Assembly (NCBI GenBank): GCA_002104905.1
Contig: MCFE01000064.1
Span: 124,001 to 188,000, forward strand
DNA: 64,000 bases
Origin: Basidiobolus meristosporus CBS 931.73
Lineage: Eukaryota > Fungi > Basidiobolomycota
Direction: 5' to 3'
Below the pieces are notes generated by a model that was not told the DNA's origin, made no database searches, and saw only the letters and a program-made list of their open reading frames with translations. Below are positions 1 through 12,814 of the stretch, piece after piece; positions within the stretch are counted from its first letter, which is position 1; each line of letters begins with the position of its first letter. The position numbers were made by a program, and so were the translations under genes.

Positions 1-1169
1 ATGGCACACTTTTTAGAAAAAGCAAACATGGAGTTCCTTGAAGGTATATACATAACAAGCATGATCAAGAGAAGATCATTCAAGAATTGCATGAATCTGA
101 ATCAGGAGGTCATAAGGGAATTACATCAACATATGCAAAAATCTCCTTATGGTATTTTTGGCCAATGCTGTACACCAACACAAAAGAATATGTGAAATCA
201 TGTATTCCATGTCAAAGAAGAGACAACTAAAAGATGCATGAACCACTTCACAGTATATACGCATCTTATGCTTGGTAAATTGCACATGTAGATATTATAC
301 ATTTACCAAGGGCAACAGCTGGGTATAAGTATGTGGTGGACTGTCATGATAACTTTACTGGTTGGATAATGGCTAGAATGCTGAAACAAGTCAATGCAAA
401 AGCAGTAGCAAGATTTCTCAAAGAAGATATATATCTCAGACATGGTTCAGTTAGCACCCTTATTGCAGACAATGGAGAATGTGGATCTTATGTAATACAA
501 GCACTAGCAACAAAGCATGGAACCAAGCTTATACATACTACGCCATATCACCCACAAGCAAACTCACCAGTTGAATGTGGACATTCTGCTTTTGCAAACA
601 CATTAGCAAAGCTTAGCTATGAAGAGCCCAACAAGTGGGCAAATAACTTTCATGCAGCAATTTGGGCTGATAGAGTTAAGGTTAAAAGAAGTACAGGGTA
701 TACACCATTTTTTTTAATATATGGACATGAAGCTGTTTTGCCAATAGACATATCTTTTGAGAATTGGCTTACCCTCCCACGGAAACCAACCATGACAGCA
801 TCAGAGCTATTGCTAGCAAGAGTACCACAGATTCAACAAGCACACACTCTGCATCAGAATGCAATAGAAAACCTGAAGAAATCCAGAATGGCTGGCAAGG
901 AGTACTTTGATGCTCAAAAATGCCTAAGAAAAACATTGTTAGAAGTAGGTGAGTTGATACTACTTCACAACACAAAATGCCAAAGAAACAAGGCATCCAA
1001 GCTGGATATGCAATGGCAAGGTCCCTACAAGATCATACATGCAAACAAAAATGGATCTTACAAACTAGCAGAACTTGATGGTACACCACTTGCAATGACA
1101 CAACCTGGTAACAGATTGAAGAAGTTCCATATCAGAAGTAATAATGAGGGCATTATTTCTCAAAGTTAA
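1..1169 (+). mobile_element. Ty3/gypsy-type integrase remnant (degenerate)
   Basis: ORF 333-1169 has rve core motifs (LIADNG, TTPYHPQAN, GYTPFFLIYG) and a C-terminal WQGPYKI (GPY/F) motif; the upstream part is broken by stops and frameshifts. Confidence 0.85.
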
Positions 1170-1865
1170 GGGAGACTTGCGGTAATGGAAAGTATTCCAT
1201 TACTATAATATCTCTAGACCAATATTGTACTAATTTTTTATTTTGCTTTTGCTATTGTAACACACAAGTGAAAGATCAAGAATTTCCAACTTTGAAGAAC
1301 AAATGCTCCAGACCCTGGGAAGCAATCCACCCAAGAATATTATGTCATACAAAACACATAGTAGCCAACACATGTTTCAAATTTTGGCTCATTTGAAGCA
1401 ATACTTAAGGAGTTATGACCAAAAGAGTCCAATTATTATATATACTATACCCTATTGCTAGGATTACTATGGTGACTTTGATTGCATGTAACTTTTGAGC
1501 CAGCCAATCATATCACATGAAATATTTACAGGTGCTGCGCCTATGTCCAATCTGCACCACTGCAAAACTTTAGCTTTGTATCATGTGTATTGCTTGCGCA
1601 ATTGCCCAAAAACTTTGATCCTTCAAAATTTTCATATATATGACTTCCCCAGCTGAAAAATAAAGGGAGAGCCTCTCTTTCCAGAATCTCCACACTACAA
1701 TTACAAGTTTAAAGGTTATAAGACTTCCCCTGCATCACTTGCACTGTTGAGTATTCTGACTTTGATTGGTACTACATCAGTAAAGAGACTGCAAAGCTCA
1801 CAAGAATCCAATCTAAGTTCTACAAGAAACTATCACTTTTCTGTTGGAAAAGTCCCTTCTAAGAA

Positions 1866-2105
1866 ACCCCTTTACTCTAAAGAAACCCTTTAGACACCCC
1901 TTTAGTCTAAAGACCCCTTCAGAGACCCCTTTAAGAAACCCCTTTACTCTAAAGAAGCCCCTTTAGGCGCCCCTTTAGTGTAATGTCCACTTTAGAGACC
2001 ATTACAAGCAGCCCCTTTACTCTAAAGACACCCCTTTAGACACCCCTTTAGGTCTAAAGACCCCTTTAGAGACTTCTACAACACACCCCTTTAGGTTAAA
2101 GGGGA
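1866..2105. repeat. Cluster of CCCCTTTA(G) motifs interleaved with TCTAAAG inverted half-sites
   Basis: About 12 exact CCCTTTA copies in about 240 bp; ends in a hairpin CCCCTTTA-GGT-TAAAGGGG (2086-2104). Confidence 0.85.
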
Positions 2106-2432
2106 GTTCAGAATTCCCATATTAGGAAATATTTTCTCAGAAAGGAAATTGACTTCCAAATAAGTAAAAGTTACTATAAAAGTAAATAAGCCCATTAGTT
2201 GACAGAAGGTCAGAACACTGCTGTAGAAGTGATAAACACTGCCTACAGTATATTTGGAGCCTAAGATTGAGGAAATTAGTGAAAGTAATATCTTCTATTG
2301 GTATTTCAAACTCCCAACAAACTATTTTAGTATTAGCATACTGGAAGTTGTTGTATATTGTTGATTAGCCTCTACATTGTAGAACAAGCCCCAAACTAAT
2401 CATAATACAACCCAACAACACATATACAGCTG

Positions 2433-3234
2433 TTGTGTAAAGAGTTTGTTATGCAATTTGAGCAGCTATACTACAAACATAAAGCTGAACGCCTAGTTCT
2501 CTGCCACTACTGTATCCATTCTCTACTCCATCTTGAATGGTGTGTGGAGAATATCAGGCCTTGCTTCACCTTTTGGGAGTTTCCTATGGAGCAGATGTGT
2601 GGGGAGATAGGAAGATGAGTCAAGTCACAGGTACAACCATATCCCAATATCATCAAGAATATTACCTTCAAGTCCGTCATGGATGTGATGAGTTAGCACA
2701 TGGAGGACAGCCAGGAATAGTTGGGAAATACTGAGGACAAATGTGCACATGGAGACACCTATGCCTATGGCATTAAGAAGCTAAGCAGCCCCAATGCTTG
2801 GGTAATCAGTGAAGCAATACAAAGTTGGGTTGGGTGCAACAAGCAACTAGTTTTTATCTGGAAAACTCTGCCAAGGTATGCCGGATTTCTCATGGTCACA
2901 AGCCAACTTCTACACTATTTGATATGGAATTCACACAAACAAATGCTGGAGCGGACTTATAAGGGGGACTAGAATCCAGCAGGGAGAAGGAATACATTGG
3001 CTAAATAACAAGAAGCTCTTTGAGGATATTCAGGAGGTATTCATGGCAGAAGTGGTGACAACCAAGCATATGTTTGCAAGATGTATATGTTACCAGCAGT
3101 ACAAGGTATATTGCAACTTTGCAAGTATCACACTAAAAAGCCGTAAAGTTCAGGTTATACAAGTATGTCAATTGTGGCAGGTGTGTGCATTTGTAGAGGT
3201 TAGTAAGCAGGAGGCCATAGTTTTTTTGATTTGA
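2433..3234 (+). mobile_element. CACTA/En-Spm-like transposase C-terminal remnant
   Basis: 2433-2618 reads FVMQFEQLYY...IHSLLHL...WEFPMEQMCG, matching from memory the HxLxHL...WxFPMER motif of En-Spm/DUF4218-type transposases; downstream frames are fragmented. Confidence 0.6.
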
Positions 3235-3599
3235 GCTATATTTGGAATACCCAAAGTGTAGTGGGTAAGTAAATAAAGAGGGATGATTCTACAGTGGAAT
3301 ATATGAATTGCTTAAGGGGAGGTAGAGAATGGAAATACCATTTGGTAAATTGGGACGGTGGCATTATACAGAGCCAGTGGTAGACTGTCATACTGCCAAT
3401 AAAATGCCATCAGAGTTTTGCAGTGAGGCCATCAAAATACCGTCACGTTTCTTGCCATATAAAGCAATTGGATGTCCTGGCTAATTGGATCCACTTAAAA
3501 TAGTTATAGAGTGCCAAAAGACCACAACAATACCATGCAAATATTTTCACAGCACCAATAAAATATTGTCAAGTTTTATCCCTTTGTTTGTTTGTAAAA

Positions 3600-4380
3600 T
3601 TTGCAAAACACAATTATGATCCTGTCATAAAATCTTTGAAGCATTGGTCTGATGTATGTCCCTTCCTTTTGCGGTAGTTGCAAAACAGGTTGGTATTGCC
3701 TTTAAAAGGTTTTGGGTATCTCCTTGGCTGGTTATTGTTGCGTATTAAAGCACTTTCTTCTTCCTACTTATTGGTGCTTAATTTTCTTAATTTTTCATCA
3801 AGGAGCCTTCCATATATCTGATTTAAGATCAAGTCTTCAGTTCTGAACTCTAGGGCTGATACAAGGCCCTGAAGCCTGTCTGTCAAGCTATTCAGGATGG
3901 TAACTATGACATCTTCATCAGTAACTGGTATGCCCACAGATTCCATCTCATCCACCAACAGGGTAATTCTGTTAAATAGATTTTCATTTCTTCTCCTGAC
4001 TGCATCTTTGTAGTAAGGAATATTTGCCTAAGATACATTTTCTTGGCTGCTGAACATGGCTGGTAGGTGTCTTCTGGTGTGTTCCAGGCATTCTTTGCTG
4101 TTTTTGCTCTTGAGCATTGAATTAGCAACTTGTCTTTGACATTAAGGCAAATGCAGTTAAGGGCACTTTTCTCTTTCTTCTGATACTTCAAGAACCCCTT
4201 TCCCACATTTTTAGGAGGGCATTGTTCTCCCATGACAATATCCCAAAGGCCTCTTTCCTGTAGCAGCATCTTCATCTTCACCTTCCAGACTTGGTTGTTA
4301 GATCCATCCAACTTTTCAGCAGAGGGAGAAATTCCAGTAGTAGCAGTAGTAGAAATTGCTGAGAGGGAGAGCTTAAGCAA
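3600..4380 (-). mobile_element. Copia gag remnant, same family as 56692-61358
   Basis: EKLDGSNNQVWKVKMKMLLQERGLWDIV etc., near-identical to the gag at 57.0-57.8 kb; frameshifted. Confidence 0.9.
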
Positions 4381-5109
4381 TGAGGTTAAGAAAGCTTTTT
4401 ACTGATTTAGGCCTATGTCAAAAAATGCCTATTACTTTATTTCAAGATAATCAAGGATGTATACAATTAGGTAGAAATCCAACTTTTCATGCTAGAACCT
4501 GTTATGAATAGACACAAAGCAGGAGAGTAGGGCTAGGCAAGGCAGGACCAGGAAAGGACTTAGGTGTGGATCAACAAGGCAAGGTGGATTTCCATGGCAA
4601 GGCTGTTTATTCAAGACCTGTGTTTATCAGACTGAGGAATACATAAGGGGGGATAGGACTATATATACTTTTTGGCAATATGGATGCCAAGAGATATTGG
4701 CTAATACTGATGGGGTTCTGGCATGAGGCACAGTAAGTGTGCCAAGATAGAATATACTAAACAACAGACTGGAATATCACATGGAGATATGTCAAGGGTC
4801 AGCTGATCATGCGGCTAGGTCATGTGACATGTAGTTACCATATATGGCATGGGACTACATAAACTCCAATAGGAAGCTTCCATAGAATGTTCCATTGTGT
4901 AACATTGACTTGGAGCTTTCAAGAAGTTGCTAGAATGTAGTAGAACTTTCTAGACAGAACTGGGATCTCTTCACTGACTTGATTTGGCTAGATAATTGGA
5001 GACCAGGGATGTCATGTGATCATGACAGAACCAAGCACATAGATATTAGACATCATTTCATATGTGAAGCTATAGAGAATAACTTAGTTAGCTTAGTTTA
5101 CTGTCCTAC
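4381..5109 (+). mobile_element. Copia RNase H fragment interrupted by a foreign solo LTR
   Basis: 4381-4499 and 5028-5109 match consecutive parts of about 60708-60900. Confidence 0.9.
4500..5027. mobile_element. Solo LTR of a second LTR-retrotransposon family (528 bp)
   Basis: Termini TGTTATG...CATGACA; perfect 5-bp TSD GAACC at 4495-4499 and 5028-5032. Confidence 0.85.
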
Positions 5110-5149
5110 TCTAGAGAATACTGACCAAATTCCTTCAGGGCTCATTACC

Positions 5150-6800
5150 TGTTGTAAGAGTCTTGGAGATATTGTAAGTGATTAGCAGAACAAGTAGATT
5201 ATGTGGTTTTCACTTAATGATTTATTGAATGTAAAAGTAGTATTTATACTTTTACATGGTCTTGGCATTACAAACACATAGAATAGGTTAAGAAAGGTCC
5301 CAAGAGCATGTGTGCAAAGTTTGGGGCTGTTTGGACAACTTTGAGAATTTTCATGTTATGGGTACCTGGTATTTTGGTGAAAATATTCCAAGTAAATCCC
5401 AACAAGGAATTTGGTCAGTCTTCTCTAGGGTTTGAGGGTAATGATTTAAGTGACTAAGTTAGGAGAATATTTAGGTGGATTTACAAATTTTTACAACAGA
5501 TAATGTGGTTCTCACTTGATGATTTATTGAATGTGAAAGTAGTATATATACTTTTATATAGTCTTGGCATAGCAAGCATGTAGAACAGGTTAAGGAAGGT
5601 ACCAAGAACATATGTGCCAAGTTTGGGGCTGTTTGGACAACTTTGCAAATTCTCATGTTCTGGGTACTTGGTATTTTGGTGAAAATATTCTAGGTAAATC
5701 CCAACAAGGTATTGAGTTGGTATTCCATAGGACTTGAAGGTAATGACCCTGGTGACTAAGTTAGGTGAATATTTAGATGGATAACAAATTCCTACAATAA
5801 CTTTGGGCAAATGTGCAAGAGACCTGCCTAAACATGCTCTATGCATTTATAATGCCAAGACCATGTAAATGCTTTAATACCACTTTTTCATTCAATAAAC
5901 CATCAAGTGAAAACCACATAATCTACTTGTTCTGCTAATCACTTCCAATATCTCCAAGACTCTTACAACTGATACAAGGCCCTGTAGCTTGTCTATAACC
6001 TGTTAAGAGAGTTTTGATGATACTGGAAATCTTTGGGAGAGCAGGTAGATAGTGTGGCTTTCACTGATTGATTTATAGAATATAGAAGTGGTATTTGTGC
6101 ATTTACATGGTCTTGGGAATGCAAACACATAGAATATGTCTAGGAAGATCCCAAGAACATGTTTCCAAAGCTTGGGCTGCTTGGACTGCTTAACACAATT
6201 TTATGTTCTGAGTACCTGATGTCTAAGTGATAATATTCTAAGTAAATCCCAACAAGGAATTTAATCAGAGTTTTCTAGCATCTGTGGGCAATGAACCAAG
6301 TGAATAAGCTTGGTGAATACTTAGGTGCAATTTCCAGTCTTTACAACACTTTAGGCAGGATCATCACACAGGATCCCCTTATTAATGTTATTGACAGATC
6401 TTTCTTACCACTGCCAACTTCCCTCAGTTGCACAGTCTTATATTAGCTTATCAAGATGTCATGATCTGGGTACCCAATGTTTTGGTGAAAATATTCCTTG
6501 TAAATCTCAGCAAGGAATTTGGTCAGAAATCTTGAAAATTTGCAGGCAATGGCCCAAGTGGCCAAGTTAGGTGAATATTTAGGTGCAATTACAAATTTTA
6601 CACCATACTATTATCCAAGATATTTAAGTTTGTCTCTAGCTGATGATATTGTGAATATATCTACAATCATTTTCATCAGTTGGACATTAAACCAAACCAA
6701 GTTATCCTCTGTAGTTTCCTGTATGAAGGGATGTCAGGAATATATGTGCTTGGTTCTAGCACAAAAAGTTGCTTTACCACAGCAGTCACCTGGGGAACTC
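5150..6800. mobile_element. Stack of Copia LTRs and RNase H fragments in both orientations
   Basis: Complete 349-bp minus-strand LTR at 5150-5498 with an adjacent PBS relic (CAGGGCTCATTACC, 5137-5149), then several partial LTRs and a minus-strand RNase H relic at about 6600-6760. Confidence 0.85.
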
Positions 6801-6856
6801 AGAGGTTGGTGATTGGTGATATTTACATGAGTTTGAGCCAAATTGTCACTGATTCC

Positions 6857-7130
6857 ACCAAGAAAAAAAACTAACAGAAGGCCAGCAGAATACCATCATA
6901 GTATCAGCTGAATTCCAACCTTCCCAAAAGTAACAACTCTCGATATCTCAGGTACTAGCTTCCTAGCAAACAAGTAGACATCCTTTCTAGGGGGAAACTA
7001 GGCCAACTAGCATTCATACCAAATTTGGTAATCAGCTGCTGTTACCTCCACCAAAAATTGCAACTGAAAACTTGAAGCAGAAATACCAGCTGACTACCAG
7101 CAAAATACCATCAGAATACCAGCAGAATAT
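6857..7130 (+). repeat. Dispersed ~270-bp repeat; inverted copy at ~34450-34700
   Basis: CCAAGAAAAAAA..AGGCCAGCAGA..CAGCTGAATTC..TTCCCAAAAGT..CAACTCTC.ATATCTCAGGTA aligns by eye with the reverse complement of 34450-34700. Confidence 0.7.
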
Positions 7131-8144
7131 TGGCTAAAAATCCAATGAACTCCAACTATGAGATTTTTCATAGGGTTCTTGGGTCCAATCCAAAGAATCC
7201 TTTGGATATGCTTTGAAACCAATTTCCAACAAAGTTGGTGGATTTGCAAACCAGTCCTCTGGCCAATCAATTCCACCCCTCCCAGCTGAGCATCCATCAT
7301 CCGAATTGATCCGGCACTCACAGCGCAACATAGCGTAACATCAGTCAGGAATGAGTGCCGATCACACAACATTCCAGGGGTGGTCAAGATACAAACACTT
7401 CTCCCTTGAAACACTGCGCCTCCTGGATGAGGTGGGATGAAACGACCAAATAGGCTATGAGATCCATGGAAATCCTGAATGAGAGGCTATGAGGCAGTTC
7501 ACGGAATCACCACCGACGTTCGGGCAGGCATTCCCCATACAAGCTTGGGTGTGCCTCGCCTATTCCCGGCACCCATCTGAAACTCGGTTCGCCCTTAAAT
7601 TAGGTGGGTAGGATCCAGAGCGCCCACCAGCACCACCACCAGGATGAACCCCTTCGCATGGTTGCCATATCTCTTATGGGCCCTTATGTTTACTAGAGCC
7701 CACTCGACTCCCATCTCGTCCTCCCCCGGCTGGACCGATCCGAAGGAACAAGGTGCTAGGGACCCGCCTTGGAAACACCCCCTGTAGGAGCTCTTCCGCA
7801 TTCTACCCTATCGGTTCTAACCCACAACGGGCAAGTGACAGGGACTGGGTGAGATCAATCAGGTCGACACAGACCCGATTCACCCATCATGGACGGAGGG
7901 AGGGGGAAAAAAAAAGAATTTTTTTCGGGCTGAAAAAAATCGACCTTCCTGGATGTTTTGTCAGGGTAGGGTAGGGTAGGGGGGAGGGGGAGAGGGCGAG
8001 GGGGGGGGGAGAAATTGATCGATGCCGGCTGACGAAAGATCCCACTTAGGTGGGCAACTCTCTCTCCGAAAGGTTCTTCTTTCTTTTGTGTTTACGAAGG
8101 AAATTCTCCCCGTGATAGACCCGGTTTGTTTTCCAGGATAAAAT

Positions 8145-9324
8145 ATGGCCAGCTCGCAATTCCAGTGTCGCATGTACGAGGCCCGTTACCCCGAGGTCGA
8201 CGACCTCGTCATGGTGAACGTCCGTCAGATCGCCGATATGGGGGCCTACGTCAAGCTCATGGAGTATGACAACATCGAGGGTATGATCCTTCTGTCCGAG
8301 TTGTCCAGAAGACGTATCCGTTCCATTCAGAAACTTATCCGTGTCGGCAGAAACGAGGTGGTCGTTGTCATGAGAGTGGATCGTGAGAAGGGTTAGTTTC
8401 GGACCCCCCAAGGTCCCCATCGAGCCTCTACCTTCACTTCGACCGAGTACTCACCCCAGCTTTCCCTTTTGCTGTTTCACCCAACTGTTAGGTTACATCG
8501 ATCTCTCCAAGAGAAGAGTTTCCCCTGAGGAAATCGCCAAGTGCGAAGAGAAGTTCAACAAGTCCAAGGCTGTAAGTGCCCCTCCATCGCAACTAGACCG
8601 CGGCCCAGTTTGTTCTTTTTGCTAAATGAGCTATCCCTCTCCCTCTTCCTCTCCCGACACAGGTTCACAGTATCATGCGCCACGTTGCTGAGAAGCAGAA
8701 CCTCGTTTTGGAGGAAATCTACCAGCAATTCGGATGGCCTCTTTACAAGAAATACGGACATGCCTACGATGCCTTCAAGCTGGCCATCACGTGAGTGCCG
8801 AGTAGGAAGTTTCCCTAACACACCCGCGTACTAAACGAATTCCCCTTGTATGTAGTGAGCCCGAGACCGTGTTCGAAGGCATCGAGATCGAGCCCCAAGT
8901 CAAGGAGGAGTTGTTGAACAACATCAAACGTAGACTTACCCCTCAACCTATCAAGGTCAGAGCTGATATCGAGGTCACCTGCTTCGGTTATGAGGGTATC
9001 GACGCCATCAAGGCCGCCTTGAAGGCTGGTGAGGCCCTCTCCACCGAGGAGGTCGGCATCAAGATCAAGCTGGTCGCTCCCCCACTCTACGTCATGATCA
9101 CCAACACCTTGGACAAGAACGCGGGTATCGAGATGTTGGACAAAGCCATCGCCGTCATCGAGGACATCGTCGGTAAGAACGGCGGAAATGTCAACATCAA
9201 GATGAAGCCTAAGGCCGTCAGTGAATCCGACGAAGCCGAACTCGCCGCCCTCATGGCCCGTGTCGAGAAGGAGAACGCTGAGGTGTCTGGCGACGACGCC
9301 GTATCCGAGTCCGAAGACGAGTAA
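8145..9324 (+). CDS. SUI2: Translation initiation factor eIF2 alpha (exons 8145-8391, 8492-8571, 8663-8790, 8856-9324)
   Basis: [17 protein letters not shown]; [14 protein letters not shown] (Ser51 loop); three GT-AG introns restore [21 protein letters not shown] and TEPETVF. Confidence 0.97.
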
Positions 9325-10435
9325 TCGAAGAAGCTGGAAGTCCATCTCTCACATGCACCCTTTATTATATAATAAAAACCCCCAGTTACTCATTAATAAA
9401 GCGATGATGGCCGAGACTCTCTGCTTTCTGTGGGTTGGATGACCGGGATTTCTATGGGGAGGGATGGTTACTGTTGGGCGAGGTCCGCCGTGAAGTGGTT
9501 TGGCCTCCACTAGAGCATGCTCGTAACCGATCTTGGTTCTGCGTGTCAGGGGATGCGAGCGGAGCATACTTGTTTCAAGAACCCCGATGCTCGAATGGTG
9601 GCCCGCCTGCTCGAGAAAGATTATACGGACCATCGATCCGGAAACTCTGACTGGAAATTGGAAATTGGCAAGTCACCTCTTGTTATACAACCGCTTCTCC
9701 CAAGAAAACGCGGTAGCACACGCACGTGGTGCAAGAACTTTGAACCAGGGCCACGAGAGCGAGAAATCAGAGTGTCAGGGCACTGAGCAAATGGCCGTCT
9801 CTTTGAGAACCCACTCCGCCATCTCAGTCACCAGAGGTGCGTGGGGATTCCAGGCCGAATTCAGATTCGTCTGGAGCAGTTGTTCCATCAAGAACCAGCT
9901 GACATCTAAGCAATGGAAAATCGTTGATGGCCGTTCCAATTTAGAGTTGGCCAATGGATGAGCGAGTGACTGGTAGCAGAGGTGGTGAAGGGGCATGGCC
10001 TCACAGGCTTGTATGCCAAGAACTTGCCTGGTGGCTCAGATTGGGGTTTTCCTCGACCACCCAGGAGCCAGAGTTCAGATCGTTCAACCGCTTCCAACAA
10101 GCCCGCTCCTCGCACCTTGTCCAGCACCTGTACCTCTACCAACCGTGAATGATTCGTCCACCCAAACGGACCATTCGTCGTCACAGGACACCATCGATTG
10201 GCCCAATCAGCGCCTAACTGGGTGGACTCCCCAAACAATACCGCAATCAAGATCCCCCCTTCGGTCTTCCCTCTAATTGGCGACGGAAAAAAAAGAAAAA
10301 AACCCTTACAAGGTGATAAAAGAATATTCGACTTGGGAGCTGGCTCACTAGGAACTTGGCTTAGCACCGTTTCTTCAGGTTGTCCTTGCACTTATTTGGC
10401 CTCGTCCACTTGACCCTTCCCCCAACTCTCACTCC

Positions 10436-12559
10436 ATGCCCAGTATCAAAGAGCCCCAGGCGGAAGCCATGGTCACCGAGTCCACCTCGGTAGACAAGGA
10501 GAAGAGAGACAGGAAGTCCGAGAGCAAAACCCCCGAGAAGAAGAAGAGATCGAGGGACGAGAAGACCCCCAAGTCAGATAAGAAGAAGAAGTCGAGACAC
10601 GACAGTGACGAGGAGAGGGACGAGAGTTCCTCCAAGAAGCGCAAAGCCAACGATTCCAGCGCCGTCGAAGTAGTCCCCGAGGCGGAAAAGGAGGTGGCCT
10701 CCGAAGAGGCCAAGGAAGACGAGGTTCCCGAGAACCTCCGATTCTCCTCCTACCGTATCTCGCAGAGTACCATCGATGCCCTCACCTCCACCGGCATCAA
10801 CGCCCTCTTCCCCATCCAGTCCTCCACTTTCGATAAGATCTACGATGGTGCGGATTTGTTGGGCAGGGCCAGAACCGGTTCCGGAAAGACCCTCGCCTTC
10901 GCTCTTCCCATGGTTGAGCGTTTGAAGGCGGCCGGGATTGACACAAGAAGAGGCAGGGAGCCCAAAATCCTGGTCATGGCCCCCACCAGAGAATTGGCCA
11001 AGCAAGTGGCCACCGAGTTCGAGAGAATCGGGAAGCAGCTCTCGGTTCTCTGCGTCTATGGCGGCGTCCCCTATGACCCACAGTACTACGCGATGAAGAA
11101 TGGAGTGGACGTGGTGGTGGGTACGCCCGGGCGTATCGTCGATCACATCGACCGTGGAAACCTCAAGCTTCACGACATCAACTTCATCTGTCTGGACGAA
11201 GCTGACCAGATGCTTGACATCGGCTTCGCCGACGCCATGGAGAAGATCCTGGAATGCGTCAAGGAGCAGAAGGCCAACAAGCCCGACTCCCCATCCCACC
11301 AAACCCTTCTCTTCTCCGCCACCGTCCCCGAATGGGTCAACCGCGTCGTGAAGAAGTACCTCCGTCCGGACCACGCCACGGTCGATCTTGTCGGGGACAC
11401 CAAGCTCAAGACCTCCGAGTTCATCTCCCACTACGCCATCCCCTCCTCATGGCAAGCCCGTAAGGACATCATCGGAGATGTGGTGGCCGTGTACGGTGCC
11501 GGGGGTCGAGTCATCATCTTCGTCAACACCAAGGCGGAGGCGAACGAGCTTGCGCTCCACGACCAATTGAAGCAAGAGGCCCAGGTACTCCACGGAGACA
11601 TCGCGCAAAACCAGAGAGAGATCACCCTCAAGGGATTCCGTGATGGCAAGCTCAAGTGCATCATCTGTACCGACGTCGCCGCCCGTGGTTTGGACATCCC
11701 CGAGGTGGACCTCGTCATCAACTACGAGCCCACCCAAGACATCGAGTCTTACATCCATCGTTCCGGCAGAACCGGACGTGCCGGAAGAAAGGGTGTCTGC
11801 GTGACCTTCTTCAAGCCACAGGAGGAGGGTTGGTTGAAGACCTTGCAGCGACGCACCGGAATGAGCCTGCAGGTAGTCGGTGCACCCCAGCCAGAGGATA
11901 TCATCAAGGCCACCGCGTTTGAAGCGGCTCAGAACATCAAGGATGTCTCTCCCAAGGCGTTGCCATTCTTCAATGGCGCCGCGGAGGAGCTGATCTCGGA
12001 GCTTGGTGCCGAGAAGGCGGTCGCCGCTGCTCTCGCCTTCATTGCCGGCTATTCCCAGGGAGTCCAGAGCCGTAGTTTGCTCTCAGGCATGACTGGGTTC
12101 ACCACCCTCATCTGCCGACTTACCTACACCATCCGCACCCCTGGCTATATCCGCGCCATGCTCAGCCGTCACTTCCCTGATCTTGCCCACGACGATGTCA
12201 AGGGCATGAGAATGACCAGAGACATGTCGGGGGTTATCTTCGACGTGAACTCCGATCGTCTCGAAATCAAGGAGGAGCAAATCTTCCTTGGCGGAAGAGC
12301 TTGGGAGGACACCAACTCCATCACCATCGAGGTTGCCAAGGAAATCCCCGAGCTGCAGCAGTCGGAGAACGACTCTCGCGGTGGCCGCGGGTTCGGCGGC
12401 GGCCGTGGCGGCTTTGGTGGAAACCGTGGATTCGGTGGTCGTGACGGTGGTCGTGACGGTGGCCGCAGCGGCGGTCGCGGTGGATTCAGCCGTGGTGGCG
12501 GATTTGGGGGAGGTTTTGGAGGAGGCCGTGGTGGAAGAGGTGGCTTCAACCGTCGTTAA
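10436..12559 (+). CDS. DDX21: DEAD-box RNA helicase, DDX21/DDX50-like (GUCT domain, RGG tail), 707 aa, intronless
   Basis: Lys/Glu-rich N-terminus, ARTGSGKT, PTRELA, DEAD, SAT, HRSGRTGRAG, GUCT-like region, RGG repeats. Confidence 0.9.
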   Translation: MPSIKEPQAEAMVTESTSVDKEKRDRKSESKTPEKKKRSRDEKTPKSDKKKKSRHDSDEERDESSSKKRKANDSSAVEVVPEAEKEVASEEAKEDEVPENLRFSSYRISQSTIDALTSTGINALFPIQSSTFDKIYDGADLLGRARTGSGKTLAFALPMVERLKAAGIDTRRGREPKILVMAPTRELAKQVATEFERIGKQLSVLCVYGGVPYDPQYYAMKNGVDVVVGTPGRIVDHIDRGNLKLHDINFICLDEADQMLDIGFADAMEKILECVKEQKANKPDSPSHQTLLFSATVPEWVNRVVKKYLRPDHATVDLVGDTKLKTSEFISHYAIPSSWQARKDIIGDVVAVYGAGGRVIIFVNTKAEANELALHDQLKQEAQVLHGDIAQNQREITLKGFRDGKLKCIICTDVAARGLDIPEVDLVINYEPTQDIESYIHRSGRTGRAGRKGVCVTFFKPQEEGWLKTLQRRTGMSLQVVGAPQPEDIIKATAFEAAQNIKDVSPKALPFFNGAAEELISELGAEKAVAAALAFIAGYSQGVQSRSLLSGMTGFTTLICRLTYTIRTPGYIRAMLSRHFPDLAHDDVKGMRMTRDMSGVIFDVNSDRLEIKEEQIFLGGRAWEDTNSITIEVAKEIPELQQSENDSRGGRGFGGGRGGFGGNRGFGGRDGGRDGGRSGGRGGFSRGGGFGGGFGGGRGGRGGFNRR

Positions 12560-12814
12560 TCGTACACCGATGGGTTTCTGAACTGCTCTACATGTAATAT
12601 TTCTTCACACCGATACCACCGTGATTACTCTGCCACCCTCAGTCGTCGCTAGAGCCCCATTTATATGTATAATACATTCCTTTGTACTTGTTTGTGAATC
12701 CTCCGATCCGCCATCTCATAGAATCCTGATTTTGTGCTAATAAACCCCTTTGCCTAACAAAAAGCCTTACTCACATGGGTGTTTTCAATGTTTATTTCGA
12801 TCAGGTCGGAGCCT

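Noticed and set aside
9400-10400. A gene between SUI2 and DDX21
   Set aside because: Several overlapping short ORFs, none with a motif or convincing splice structure.
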